A stretch of DNA of 54,891 nt, the filler included, from Sphacelaria rigidula (lineage: Eukaryota): NCBI GenBank assembly GCA_964200075.2. It is 5 parts of 5 records of this genome, joined end to end, with 100 filler letters (N's around TTAATTAATTAA, not from the genome) between each part and the next. Parts side by side here need not be neighbours in the genome. Positions count along the whole stretch, not along the records: positions 1 to 10,900 come from CAXNAA020005715.1; positions 11,001 to 21,899 come from CAXNAA020005716.1; 3 more parts are not named here. One strand, 5' to 3'. Numbering within the stretch: position 1 is the first letter of the stretch; the number at the start of each line of letters is the position of its first letter. Below the pieces are notes generated by a model. That model was given only the letters and a program-made list of their open reading frames with translations, was not told the DNA's origin and did not search any database. The translations under genes and the position numbers were made by a program. Positions 1 to 12,063 of the stretch are shown here, piece after piece.

Positions 1-2157
1 GCACCATCGCTGAAAGTGTGAGGAAATCACTGTTTTAGGCTTGAACCTCATCTCAAAGTTAAACCTCAATTCGCACAATTTGTTGTTTTGTGTTGTTCCA
101 TCATTAGAATTGATCACTCTAGTGTACCATTTCATAGTTCAAACTGTTGGCAGCTAACTCCTCCCCGACCATCGGGGTGGGAGGCCACGTCTTCTGCGGG
201 TACCCACATGCCGAGAGAGAAGCTGTCTCGCGGTATTGTGTTGCTGCCCCTACGGCTATCCACCATAGGGTAAATGTTAGCCCAGACGTCCACAGGGCGT
301 CGGGCTCCTTTGTAGTCGAGCATAGCTATTCCACTGTGGACCATGACCACAGGGAACCCTCGCTTTCCGTTGCTCCACGGGTGGGAGAAGGATCCCCGGC
401 AGTGACCCGGTCGGTCAGTCAAGAGCTCACACCGTCACGAATACTCCCGCGAACTTCCCAACAGCGACAGGTCATGACTGTACGCCTCAGGTATAGGATG
501 TGCCGCTACCGCCCTCTGCCCCTCCCGTTGCCCCCTGAGCCAGCACCAACAAAGAGGTCGAGGCGGAACGTGTTGAGCCACAAGTCAACCCTGCCAACTG
601 TCGGTTCGTCGTCGCGTTCACGTGCGGGTCCGCCACTGGCGATCCCACACCACGACAGTCTCCCGCGGGTAACAGACGATTCGTCCCCTGAGGTTCCAAG
701 TTTGGCCCCCGACAACGTGTCTTCCGATAAATTCGTGGGGACCATGTCTAATTCCACTGCATGTCTTGATGTTGATGACGTGAGTTCCGCTGGTGCAGCC
801 ACCGGAACCACGTCCGACGACGATAAACCGTTGACCCCTCTGTCCACTACTGCAGATGATCCGGCGGACACATTGCAGAGTACTGAAATTCATGCCGACC
901 CCGCCCTTGAGACATCCAGTACCAAGCCGGCAGTGCATGCCCCCTCATGCCGACATCGCAGCCGACCCCGCCTTTACCACGACGGTCACTACTAATAGTC
1001 GCACCCCCATAGCGGTTTACGCGATACGTAGCCCTGACGCCCCAACATTGGAGAACACCCAAGACCAGTGCCCACATCCCCAGGCCCCACAAGACCACCC
1101 CGGAGTATAGTTCAGTGCTAAGTTCAGGAGGTACGGCGAATACATATCGATTCGTTGCCGAGAATTGATCCGGACCTTACGAGTGGCGTTGTCACCTTAG
1201 ACGATTCGTCTTTTACAACTTGAGTTAGACTTAAATATAGTGGATCCTGTGCAAGCCATCCACTTGTGACCCTGGTATTACCGGACTCGGGCTTCCCTCA
1301 GACCTTTCCCACCGCTAGTTGCTGGTAGGACATGCTCCGCACCGGCACGGCCGATGACAAATGTCTGCCCCCTGTCCACTGTCCCCCCCACGCACCTTCG
1401 GTGGCTCCGGGCAGGTTCTACTCTTGAGTACCACCCGGGCTGTGCGATTGAGTGTTCAGTTCTTCAACGATACGCACCCCATGGCACGACCTTCTGTTTC
1501 GGCTTTAATTATTCCACACAATGTCATGGCATCCCATGTTTTGTTGGGCAGAGAGTAGCTGGTTGCATTTTCCGACACATCTGTTCGGACAGGAAGGTGA
1601 ATTGTGAAGGACGGACGCCAGCAATATTTTTGACGTCTCCGCATTGATCGAGTACCCAACCAGTTGTTGAGGTATGCTTCGGCTCCTCTTCTACGTACAC
1701 TTCTTCAGATATATCTCCCCGCACCAGTACCACTTCCCCAACTGAGGTCGAGCAAAATGCTGATTGTAATAGACCAGTTTCAGCTGATACAATGGTTGTG
1801 ACCGCGTCGAATGACGACGCGGAAAACGACATTCCTCAAAAATTGTTGGATTGTTGGCAGCCTGAGCAGCGACCAAGCTTTTGCGACTATGGAATGACGT
1901 TCCACCACATCTCTGTCACATCACCTTCAATCTCGCCGGTGCTGGTTGGACTACAGCGGCCATCGACAAAACACAAGATGTTCTAATCTGCTATGCCGCG
2001 CGATTTCCACCTCACCTCTGGATTTGGGTCGATGCACGATGGCCCCGTTTAAAATCAACGTGCCATAAGGAACGTCCCTCATCGCCACACGCCCGTCTCG
2101 CACAAACCCGCTCCAGGCTGATCAAGTACAAGTAGTCATAATTAGCTACCTAGCGGT

Positions 2158-2545
2158 GGAGATCATTTACGTACGCCTCCAAGACTCCAGGTTTGAGCAT
2201 GAGTCGACTGACACCAAGACTCCGGGTTTTGGCATGAGTGGGCTGACACAGAAAAAACGTCCGATTTGCGCATGACTGGGCTGACACCTCCTGCCCCGAA
2301 AACGGCGCCCGGTGGCTTACCCCCTCGATCCCTACTCTTGGTTTCTGGGAATGCCGACACCAATACAAGAATCATATTTGGATAGGGTCTTTTCTGTGTG
2401 ACGGGCCCCCGCATAAATGCTGCCGCCGCACCGGAGCTCATCGCCCCCCCACTTGTTTTCATTGTACAAGTACGCGATCTCATTTCGAGTAGAACGAGAG
2501 TGAACGGAAATAAAAATTACGTTTTGTTTTTTCTGCCAAGATAAG
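2158..2545. mobile_element. Non-coding insertion at the RT/RNase H deletion point, with three ~30-36-nt tandem subrepeats
   Basis: Gypsy homology stops at ~2157 and resumes at ~2560 in the pre-integrase region (EPTCRAAIL, compare EPLCRAAIR at ~39270). Subrepeats ending CATGAG/CTGGGCTGACAC lie at 2179-2287. Confidence 0.45.
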
Positions 2546-3562
2546 GCGCGAGAACAATTAGCCGAGCCTACGTGCCGCGCAGCAATACTTCACCTGTTCC
2601 AAAATTGCACACTTCCATTCCCCGCTGCGGATGTCCTGGAACCCGTCGGACGGCGCCGGGCACCCATGCAGGATAACGTTGTTGAGCTGACCGCACAAGC
2701 AAAGTGCTCATGGATGATGAAAGCATTGTACTTTTAATCCGCAAACCCACGCGGACACCTCAATCAGACCGTCCTGCCGTTAGATATGTTCGACTACTCG
2801 GTCAATAATCTCTTTGCACGTACGTGCCGATGCTGCTGCGACCATGAGTCCTGCGCGAGTGCCATTCTAATATCTCGACCGATATGATAACAACTCGGAC
2901 GATCTAGTTCCTCGAGCGATTCTACTGGAGGGTAGGAATCGACGAAAGTGTCCGTTGGTGGGTACGTTGTTGTTTGATTTGTCAAGTGCGCAAGACGTCT
3001 CCCCAGACTGCGTTGACCAATCATGTCCATACCGCTCCCCAATGGGCCCGGTGAAGTTATATCTTGGGACTATTTCGGACCGTTGCCACTCATAGAGAGT
3101 AGCAACGAGTACATTTTGTTGATAACTGATCGATTCAGTTGTCACTCCGTCATGCATGCCGGACCCCCGGAAGTTGTTGTCCGTCAATGGCAAACATTTT
3201 CCCGGCAAACTTTCTACTACGGTCAGTACACCGCTGGGTTCCCATCGCATCTTTGTAAGTCCGTACCACTCCCAAACGAACCGTGGAGCGGAACGTGTCA
3301 ACCATACGATGGCACAAATGCTTTCAGCCGTCACTAACGAACGGCAAACAGATTGGGAGCTGCATCTGCCCTTATTTCAACTGGACTACAACAACTCGGT
3401 CCACACCGCCACCGCCCTTGCACCAAAAGAAATCCACATTGGTCGCATGCCGCGGTTGCCGTTGACCATATTCGAGCACCGCAACGTGGGCGATCATCAG
3501 AGTTTGGCCGGGATATCAGGGAGTATCATTACCTTTTGAGTCATCGTCTCCGGTTGGCATAA

Positions 3563-5467
3563 TATGCCGACACTGCCCCCATCCGCGCTGCCCACAGAAG
3601 ACACTACGCCGGGAGGGTTGCTGGTTCGGGGTCCGGGAGACACGACCGAAAAGATCAGGACGGGTGCTTCACGGACTTTCGGCTACAAGCTGGAGGTGAG
3701 AACAGCGCTGCATGGGGGGTGATGAAGACACGGTGATCCCGTCGTCCTCTTTTACCGCCGTTTGCGTCCTGATATGTACGCGAGTGTCTCATGATTTGAA
3801 GGGATTTCGGGGGTGCACGAAGGAAAAATCCCGCGCACCCTTGGAGATGTAGTTTGATTTTATACTGCGTAGTATCGAGTTTTATTCCCTCCCGCTTTAC
3901 CGTACTTTGTGAAAAAAACATTTTTTTTCGGGGCCAGTTATGGATGCGTGCATATCGCGATGTCCCGGGGACACGCGGCTTCGGGAACAACTACACATCG
4001 TGGTTTTGAGACCCCTGTCTGAGCGCTGATTCCAACCACCGCCCCTCCTCCGTATCCCGAACTGACTTTCTCATGTTCGTTGCCGCCGGCCGTCTCTACC
4101 TTGTTCACCGTTGATTTCCGTCGCAGCGTTCGACGTTCAATCAGATGAACAACCTGTTCCTCATCACGAAGCCCGGCCAGCAGATCGTTTACCCAGAAAT
4201 CCCCTTGTTGGGAAAGTATAGGGTATACAGCACGCCTAGAGAGGCTATAGGTTCGATACCTCAAGAAGTCCTGGATCAGCAATATATTCGCCTTGTATTG
4301 GTCGCATCCAATAGACAACCAAGGCGCCTCGTGGAACTCGGCAGGGAAGCCTGCCAGCCGGGAGCAGCCCTGTATTTAGAGGTGTCAGACACCTGCCCAT
4401 TCCACCATTAGGAATGGGATACAGGCGGGGAGGGGATGTGATGAGGGTAAGGTCGAAAATACCACACAAGGGCCCCAGGGACTCGTACATTACCGCTGCG
4501 ATAGGCAGCGCAGATCGTACGTAGCACGCTGTGGTAGCCAGTGTGCAAGAGAGTCGAGAGAGGAACGGGAGGCTCGCGCGATGCAGCCTATCGCGGTCAG
4601 TCCCGTGGATTTGGTCGTAGGTGGGCCGGGATTTGAGCAACGGTGGCTGAGGGTCAGACGCGACACAGGTCGAGATGAGTTGGAAGACGAGGTAGCCCCC
4701 GATGATGACCATGACGACTGTGATGCTGGAAGTGATGGCGATGATGATGGTGGTGATTGCAATAGCAGTAGGGATGACGGTGGAGTCTCGAGTTGCAGTG
4801 GCGCAGTTGAAGAGTGAAAGCATACAGGTCGAATGTGGACGCGAACGTACAGTTCAGGACGGGGTCGAGATGCCGTCATGTAGCATGGATGGGGTGTTGC
4901 GATGGGGTGTATGACGGGACCGTACGAAGCGATTTTGGGGTGGATGCAAACGATTCTTCTTTCGACTGAGACATTGCTGCATCATATATGCTCAAACCGG
5001 ATTGGAAAGCTCGCCCGGTATTTGCAGTACGGTGCATTCGTGCAATCTATTGTTCAAATTGTACATCGACCGTCGAAGAAGGAGACCAGTGATGCTTTTT
5101 TAGGTGCCCTTCTTCAGGACAGTGAACGCCCAATCATCCGCTCGGCACATCACTGCGTTGGCAGTGATATCCCCCTAGCACGTCGCTGACGAGCAACTCG
5201 ACGCCTGAGATTTTCTTCTGGACATGGGCCTCGAGACAAACAAAAGCGAGAACATCGTCGACAATCAAACAAACGTTGTTATGGTCCGTCGCCCGCAGCT
5301 AACCAGGGATGAGCGGCACGTGCAACCACGGATGCACTTCCTACTCCTCCCTAGAATTGCACATCAGCGCCGTCGTGCGGTACTCCTGAGAGTTTTTTGT
5401 CATTCAACGGCTAGCGTCTTCAAACTTCATTTCATTCACCAACCTCATTTAATAGAATCCCCTGTCA
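3563..5467 (-). mobile_element. ~1.9-kb nested insertion splitting the integrase; probably a truncated antisense LTR-element fragment
   Basis: The integrase frame ...RLRLA (ends ~3559) continues as YDLVREQ at 5468. The insert begins TGACAGGG on the minus strand (LTR-like TG start) and has a protein-like minus ORF at 3938-4318. No clean TSD or matching left terminus. Confidence 0.55.
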
Positions 5468-6649
5468 TATGATTTGGTGCGCGAGCAAAATCAAATCAAT
5501 TTGGCAAAAGCGATCAGTGTCAATACCACGGTGGATGCGGTGATGCATAAGCGCCCAGTGTGGAAGGTAGGTGCGTGGGCGTGGGTGTACAACGATGTAC
5601 AGACAATTCGCCGAGGAGCCAGCGCGAACAAGGATTCGCCGGATAAGGTGTTGAGGGCCAAGTTGTCCCTCGATTGGACCGGGGCGTGGAAACGTTTGGG
5701 CGTTGGGACAAGTGCTGCAGCAGCGGATGATGGACCTATCCAGGAAAACCTTTTGTACCTCGATTTTCCCACGGATGGGGCTGGGCCTCCGCAGAAAAAC
5801 CGCGTGTCTGTCTGGCGCTGTAAACCTTGCACCGCCCCACATGACACCACTGATACGTCCAAATGATTGCCGTTAGGACTCAGCCAGTACGTATTGACGA
5901 GACACGCCACTAAGTCGCCGCCTTTTCATGACACGGCTGAAGACGTTCACGCCCCCGTCAAACGCGTAGTAGTCGATCATATCAGCGGACACCAACTGAT
6001 CCGCGGTCGTGGTGGTAAAAGAGCAGTGATGTATCAGACGCACTGGAAAGGATTGATGCAGATCACGTGGGGACGGGAAGTTGACTTGCGGCATTTCGTA
6101 GACAACTTTTGTTGCACTGGGTAGGCGATGTTGCGCAACACCGTCCGTTAAACCGAAGATACAGGTCTATGCGGAAGGGCGCGGCGGCACGGGAGTTGGC
6201 CCGGGAGCATTCGGCCTGGCTCGTCATGGCTGGCTATAGCCTTGTTGCGTATGCGCAATACTTGCTTTCTTTTCGCAGGAAACGTCTACCGAAAGGCGCG
6301 TACTTCTGGTACAAGGCGCAGGACTCACTCTAGCGGCTGGGTAAGATTAACTTACCAGCACCCGACTCCGACAACTCCCACTACATCCGCTTCCTCGATG
6401 ACCCCGGCCCCCTGAAGCTCATTTTAGAACGATGCGTACTACACGCTGCACAGATCGTCGTCCGCTCGCCGCGGGTCCTGGTGTCTCCAGCGCCATGACG
6501 ACGGCAACATGGACGACGCTTTTCCCCGGAATACCGACAGTTCATGGAAGGAAGACGAGTATTGATACGTTCTGTCCTACGTCCCCCGTACAGCGTCGCC
6601 TAGCTGCTTCGACACCATGGCCGCAAACCCCCCCTTCCTTTTTGTTGCG

Positions 6650-6850
6650 GTGTATGTGAATGTATGTGTGTATGTGTGTATGTGTGTATGTGTGTATGTG
6701 TGTATGTGTGTATGTGTGTATATGTGTATGTGTATGTGTGTATGCGCATATGTATGTGCGTGTATACGTGTATTTGTATGTGGGTGTATGTATACGCATA
6801 CGTGTGTATGCGTGTGCGTGTATGCTGATGTGTGTGTATGTGTGTGTATG
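6650..6850. repeat. (TG/TGTA)n compound microsatellite
   Basis: Directly visible. Confidence 0.95.
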
Positions 6851-7426
6851 GTGGCGTTTCCATACCATTTTGGAGGCGTCGCACACCGTACGTCGGTTTG
6901 ATCTGGTTTTGTTCGAACACATTCATGTACCACGACAAGGTGATCCAAGCGCATTGGAACGAGCTTTTTTTTTCAGTTGGCTCCACCCAACTGTCATAGC
7001 CCGCCGTACGGTATTTGTGAAGACCCCACATGGAGATTTTACATCCAACAACCCACCTGAAATTGGTGACCGGATGAAATACTTGAGAGCGTGTGTATCT
7101 TCATCGTATGGAGTTGTGAGTTGGAATATTCCGCAGCTTCACCCTTCCGTCCTCGTTTGACTCGACATTTATGGAGAACTGAGACCATGTTGTAGTCTTT
7201 ACCCCCACTGTCGTCATCCATTCTGTGCTGAGGTACCCACTGCAATTAATTGCTCCTTGTTGGCTGTGAGATCTCAGCCACCTTCTTCTCTTGTTCACTG
7301 TTTTGGTTTTTCTTATTTTTGTTCCTGCGTCTCTCCGACCTTTACGAAAGCCAATACAGGCGGTTCTAGTGGCCTGTCGGACCCGAGACGACCCGTCCCT
7401 TCTTTCCAGCCCAATATCTGCGAAAA

Positions 7427-7812
7427 TGGATGACCGATACCCCAAGGGCTTTCTTAGCAAATTGTCATGTGTCGGTGTCCATTACACTTTTTTTTTTCTC
7501 GTTTCTTTTATTTTTCTCGTTTTTATTCCTGCGTCTCCACGACGTTCACCCCCTCGTGAATCCTTGGATCCGAGACACCCCGTCTCTTCTCCTCAAACGA
7601 ACATTTGTGCCAACGGATGACCGATTCCGCATGGGCTTCTTCAGTGAGTGTTCCTTGATATAACCGGCTGTGTGTTCGACATTTTTGCCAACGGATGATC
7701 AATACTCCAAGGGCTTCCTCAGCAAATTGTCACGTGTTCCTGGGTATGGCAACTGTGGATTTTGTTGTCGGCGTGTGCAAAAACGGATGACCGATCCCCC
7801 GGGCTTCCTCAG
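7427..7812. repeat. Four dispersed direct copies of a GGATGAYCRAT..CC..GGGCTTYYTYAG motif
   Basis: Copies at ~7428, ~7615, ~7693 and ~7785; the preceding TTCCTGCGTCTC...CCGAGAC blocks are also duplicated (~7322, ~7526). Confidence 0.75.
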
Positions 7813-8199
7813 TACGCGTGGCGCGGCGATTATCGCTGCACGACCCTGGAGCTTCAATCGGCCACTGCTGCCGCTCCTGGATCCTATCCCGCGAGCTCTC
7901 TCGTTGGTCTTTCCACTGGTATGAGTTTTTGCATGCACCACGTCGATGTTGAAGGTGATGTCTTCTTGGTCGTTATGCCTTGGCGGCCCCCCTTGAAACC
8001 GATTAACGTGACATCTTACCACGAGTTCCGCGCTCTCCCTCCTGTTCTTCGACAGGGGGTACTACGGCTCCCGTTGCCTAGGGAATAGCCTGGTTTGTGT
8101 CGGTTTTCAGAGTGTTTGATCGTGAGACCATCCGGGTAACGCGCTGATTTTATCGGTGGCGCGTAGATTGTTTGAATTTCATGTTGGTGGATTGAATTT

Positions 8200-8800
8200 G
8201 ACCATCCGGGCGACATGCTTATATTAGAGGTCGTGGTTAGCAGGCCAGGGACCTCCTTTGTGTGTACCGGAGACTGGCTAATCGCGCACCCGCATGGATC
8301 CTGCGCCGAAGCTGGAATTCTGTTGTTTGCCATCAATAGGGAATTCCCTATTGCCCTTTGTTTTGTTTTATCTTACCCCTTTTTGTGGTATGGGAGATGA
8401 TAGTGAAACGTGAGCGTTCGAAGCTCTTCGAGCGTCTGCATGATCACGCTTCAGAGTGGGCTATTGTTATGGTCTTTGAAGGGACTGGCGTCGATGAGGT
8501 ACAGCAACGTTTTGGACGTACATATCTTGGAGTAAATCAACGTTTGGGTATGGATCTTGATTAGCCGTCGAGAGCTAGTTTGTTGGAAGATCCAATCTGA
8601 TGATCTGAATAGTCGATAAGAGATACAGTATGGTTGATGTCTACTGCACATCGAATGGTCATGTGCACAACAGATAGTGTTCCCAAAACGTCCGTTGGAT
8701 GGAGGATTTCTGCTCTTTGGTTATTGTATCATGATTGGATACGGATATAATTCCTGCGTATGGTAGTCACACGGCCGTCCCGAGCACTCACCATGAGCAC
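8200..8800 (+). pseudogene. Possible highly decayed non-LTR reverse-transcriptase relic
   Basis: Ordered weak motifs PHGSCAEAGILLFAI, a frameshifted WY-GDD (~8385-8400) and TYLGVNQ resemble LINE RT domains 4-7. Confidence 0.3.
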
Positions 8801-10052
8801 TCTATCTCGGGCCCAGGACATCATCAGCTTTTGCCACCGTTGCTCTGATTTCCAAGTGAGTCCTTACCAGCGAGCTTTATAGTCGTGGGGAAACCACTTG
8901 CTCTGGTTCGTATTGTAAACTACAAGGAGATAACCAATTTCTGTAAACATATGGATTTGAACTACTTCTGCGATTCGGATCTGGGTTGGGTGTTGCCGCA
9001 TAGCTGTGCATTGCAACGGGCGCATACGACTCGAACCTCTGCTCGTGAGAACATAACAAGACGAAGGTGTACTGAGGCTGCCATCTGCAAGGCGACTGCG
9101 ACGAAGTACATAATATACCATCAACCACCGAGGATACGGAAACTTCATGCTGGATTAATTTGTTTGCCTCAACCTGTAAGCCCCTGCCTTGCGTGTCATT
9201 CCGATCACAGCATACGACAAAAATGCCTGAATCAGCAAACATACAGCTGCACAGATGTAACAGTGGATCGTAGAAAACGAGGTTCATACAAAATATGGGG
9301 TTGAAGTGGCATTTCTCTTTTGCAGGGAAGACGCGAAACACTTGCGACCGAGCGAAGCCATCTTCCCCTCCAAGCATCCGCAGCAGTTGAGAAGCTGTGG
9401 CTAGGTGCACCTCACGAATGCGGTGTACACGCATGTCGATGACGATACCATCAGAGAGAAACAACTACAGAGAAGAAGCTCCTCGCCCGTGTCCTTTGTG
9501 TGTCCCCGCTCGGCGATTACCAAACTCTCGGGAGACGGGCATCATCGAACATACCAGCATGTGCCATTTTTTTCATGCGCCAGAACATCGACGTGCGGAG
9601 AGATTCCGTCGTCTCTTCTTGCCTGTCGCCAACGCGAAGATCGATTTCTCTCTGCCTCTCGTTTTGGACAGGACGTGCCTCTGTGCGCTGGAAACCCTGC
9701 TGAAAGAGTAGGGCAATGTTCCCGTCACCGCTACTACTGTTCTCTATCACACACATGCCAGCAAGGACGGTGCTGCGGCAATGACAGATATATCCAATTT
9801 GAACTTAGGGGGGGTTATTCATCGTTGATTTTCGCCGACCTCCCTCAACGGGGTGGCCGAGCAGAAGGGCGTGCCCCACGCCAGTTGAGGGGGGTGTATG
9901 AGAGATCAGACACTTGTAGAAACCTACTTGACATGTGGAGTGAAAAACGATATCTATGGTGGCGACCTAGCTGTTGCTAGTGTGGAGCATAAGAGTCCGT
10001 CCATGCTGCAGTCTGGAGCACACGCTGGTCGCGTGAACACCTCGGTACAGTA

Positions 10053-10828
10053 CGAGTAGCTTCCCATAAGTAAAATTCATTCCGATGTTGGGAGGACGTG
10101 GTCACGGTAACAACATGCACCGAAGTCGCAAGACCTGTGAGAGCTAGTGAGCTTGGTTTTCATGATCTGCATCCACAAAATCAAAACGGTTCTTAAAACC
10201 TGAGGGAGGACGGCTTCCCTGTCCCCCAGCCAGGCATCGATGAACGAGGGAAGACTTTTACAGGCGGATACAACACACATGGGGGCCCGGAGAAGTTTAT
10301 TTCCATCAAAATCTGTGTTTTCCAAGCTGCAAAGTGTTCCACGCGCATTGTTTTCTAATACGAACGGTAACTCGTCGATTTATGTTCCGTTGTTCAAGCC
10401 CTTCCTGATGCTGATCCCGGAAAAGTTTCGTATTGCTGTTCGATGGTTTCTTCGGATGTTTAACTGGACCCGAAGCGGCCACCTCCCCTCAGGTTTTGAT
10501 AACCGTTTTGATTTTGCGGATGAACTTCATGAATATGAGACTCTAAAGCTTTGACAGATGTTGCTACTTCGGTGCATGTTGTTACCGTGACGACCTCAGA
10601 GCGGCCGGGAGGACGCGCGGTAGAACAAGGAAAGATAGCAATAATCCCGTTTGCCTGCCGTACTGCCGACAGCGTCGCGTGAAAGCCACAAGACCCTTGC
10701 TGTCGGCGGTTGATGGGTGTGGGTCTCAAATGCAACGACAAGTGGTTGACCGTAGAGCACTCTCGTCCCAGCTTGTAATGCATGATCTCCTGACGTCGGA
10801 ATGAATTTTACCTATGGGAAGCTACTCG
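10053..10828. mobile_element. Non-autonomous Tc1/mariner-type element (MITE) with ~43-bp TIRs and TA TSD
   Basis: Left ta|CGAGTAGCTTCCCATAAGTAAAATTCATTCCGATGTTGGGAG; the right end reverse-complements to ta|CGAGTAGCTTCCCATAGGTAAAATTCATTCCGACGTCAGGAG. No transposase ORF inside. Confidence 0.88.
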
Positions 10829-10900
10829 TAACAGCCGATTTTATATTTTGGGGTTCATACAAAATATGGGGCTGAAGTGGCATATCTCTCTTGCACGGAA

Positions 10901-11000
10901 NNNNNNNNNNNNNNNNNNNNNNNNNNNNNNNNNNNNNNNNNNNNTTAATTAATTAANNNNNNNNNNNNNNNNNNNNNNNNNNNNNNNNNNNNNNNNNNNN
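10901..11000. other. Artificial contig spacer (44 N + TTAATTAATTAA + 44 N)
   Basis: Identical spacers occur four times; the linker has stops in all six frames. Confidence 0.98.
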
Positions 11001-12063
11001 GTACTCTTTTGTTGCTTGCCTTATTCGTTTGATCATCGACCACGCATCCCTTTCGAGACGGAGCACCGTTCCTACTCCTAATAGAGACACCCCCAACATT
11101 CTGGCGCTCATTACGTTTCATTCATACATTGAATAAAAACCTCCTACATATCTTACCCCGTCCTGTTTTGTCGTCTGTGGCCCATTTTCATCTCCTAGTA
11201 TAACCATCGTTTTCTCCCCATTGTCTAATGGATTCAAAACAATTTCATGCCACCTTCGTTCACGTCCGGCATTTCCCTCTCTAGCACGTCCCGTTCCTCC
11301 TTGTATAGCTTACCTTCTGCGACTACATGACTTCTGCTTTCTTTTGCTTCGCCGCAGAGGCAGTTCTGTGCATATACTTCTTCCTCCACACGACTACTGC
11401 CATATCTCCTTCTTTTTGGCAAGACCAGGTCCCCCACCCCAAATCTCAGATTCAGATTTTTCGCCTCGTCCATGGGGCCATGAAGACATGTTTTTATCCC
11501 GATCACATCCCTCAACCCACCGTATATCTCGAGGTGTTCTTCCTCGTCTACCTTGCGTCTGAGAGCTCACTTTCCCCTTATTCCTAGCATGTCTCTTCTC
11601 TCGTCTTGTACCCCGCGTCTTCACTTATGGACAGAATTTCGTCTTGGTTTCCTATCTCCTTCCATGCTTTCTCGACTGCTTTATCCCACCTTACGGCATG
11701 CCCTTTGGTACTTTTCTTCCATATGGCCTCATCAACTATAGCTGGCAGTCTCTTTCTCTGCATGTCTTTTACGCTATATTGCTACCTCAATTTCCTCATT
11801 TCTCTGTTTGTTGTAAGTGAGTACACTCCCAACTCTGCTCTCAATGCTGTATTACTCGTCGTTTTCGAGCATCCGAGTATCTTCTTGGCTGCTGCCATCT
11901 GTACTGTTTCTAACTTCTTCATCAATTTCACGTTCCCCTCCCATACTTCTCCTGCATTTTCCAGCTTTGGTACGATCACGTTGATCAGGATACATATCTC
12001 AATCCCAGTGTCTACATGCGAGTCTCTGAGGACTACGCCCATCCTTCGCATCTGTGCCTTACG
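11001..12063 (-). mobile_element. 5'-truncated, degenerate LINE (post-RT region, Cys/His knuckle, 3' terminus)
   Basis: ORF 11782-12051 VIVPKLENAGEVWEGN...LETVQMAAAKKILG...ALRAELG; ORF 11234-11515 CLCGEAKESRSHVVAEGKLY (decayed CCHC); terminus ...GCAAGCAACAAAAAGAGTAC at the contig start. Confidence 0.88.

Larger units (their letters stand above)
147..6600 (+). mobile_element. Degenerate Ty3/Gypsy LTR retrotransposon (gag-like S/T/P-rich region, protease, RT start, integrase with chromo-like tail); RT core and RNase H missing; two nested insertions
   Basis: Protease motif LVLPDSGFPQTF (DSG at 1284-1292) followed by VRLSVQF...VLLGR; RT N-terminal NPLQADQVQVVIISYLA near 2105-2155; integrase core GPGEVISWDYFGPLP...ILLITDRFS and SPYHSQTNRGAERVNHTMAQML (3023-3539); C-terminal part resumes at 5468. 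Collinear with the element at 37730-41440. Many stops and frameshifts. Ends approximate. Confidence 0.9.

Noticed and set aside
6542-7160. HT/VC-rich ORFs
   Set aside because: Translations of a microsatellite.
7427-7812. CRISPR-like array
   Set aside because: Repeats are degenerate and irregularly spaced, spacers are partly homologous, there are no cas genes, and the context is eukaryotic.
10945-10956. TTAATTAATTAA palindrome recurring every ~11 kb
   Set aside because: Embedded in N runs; it is an artificial six-frame-stop linker.
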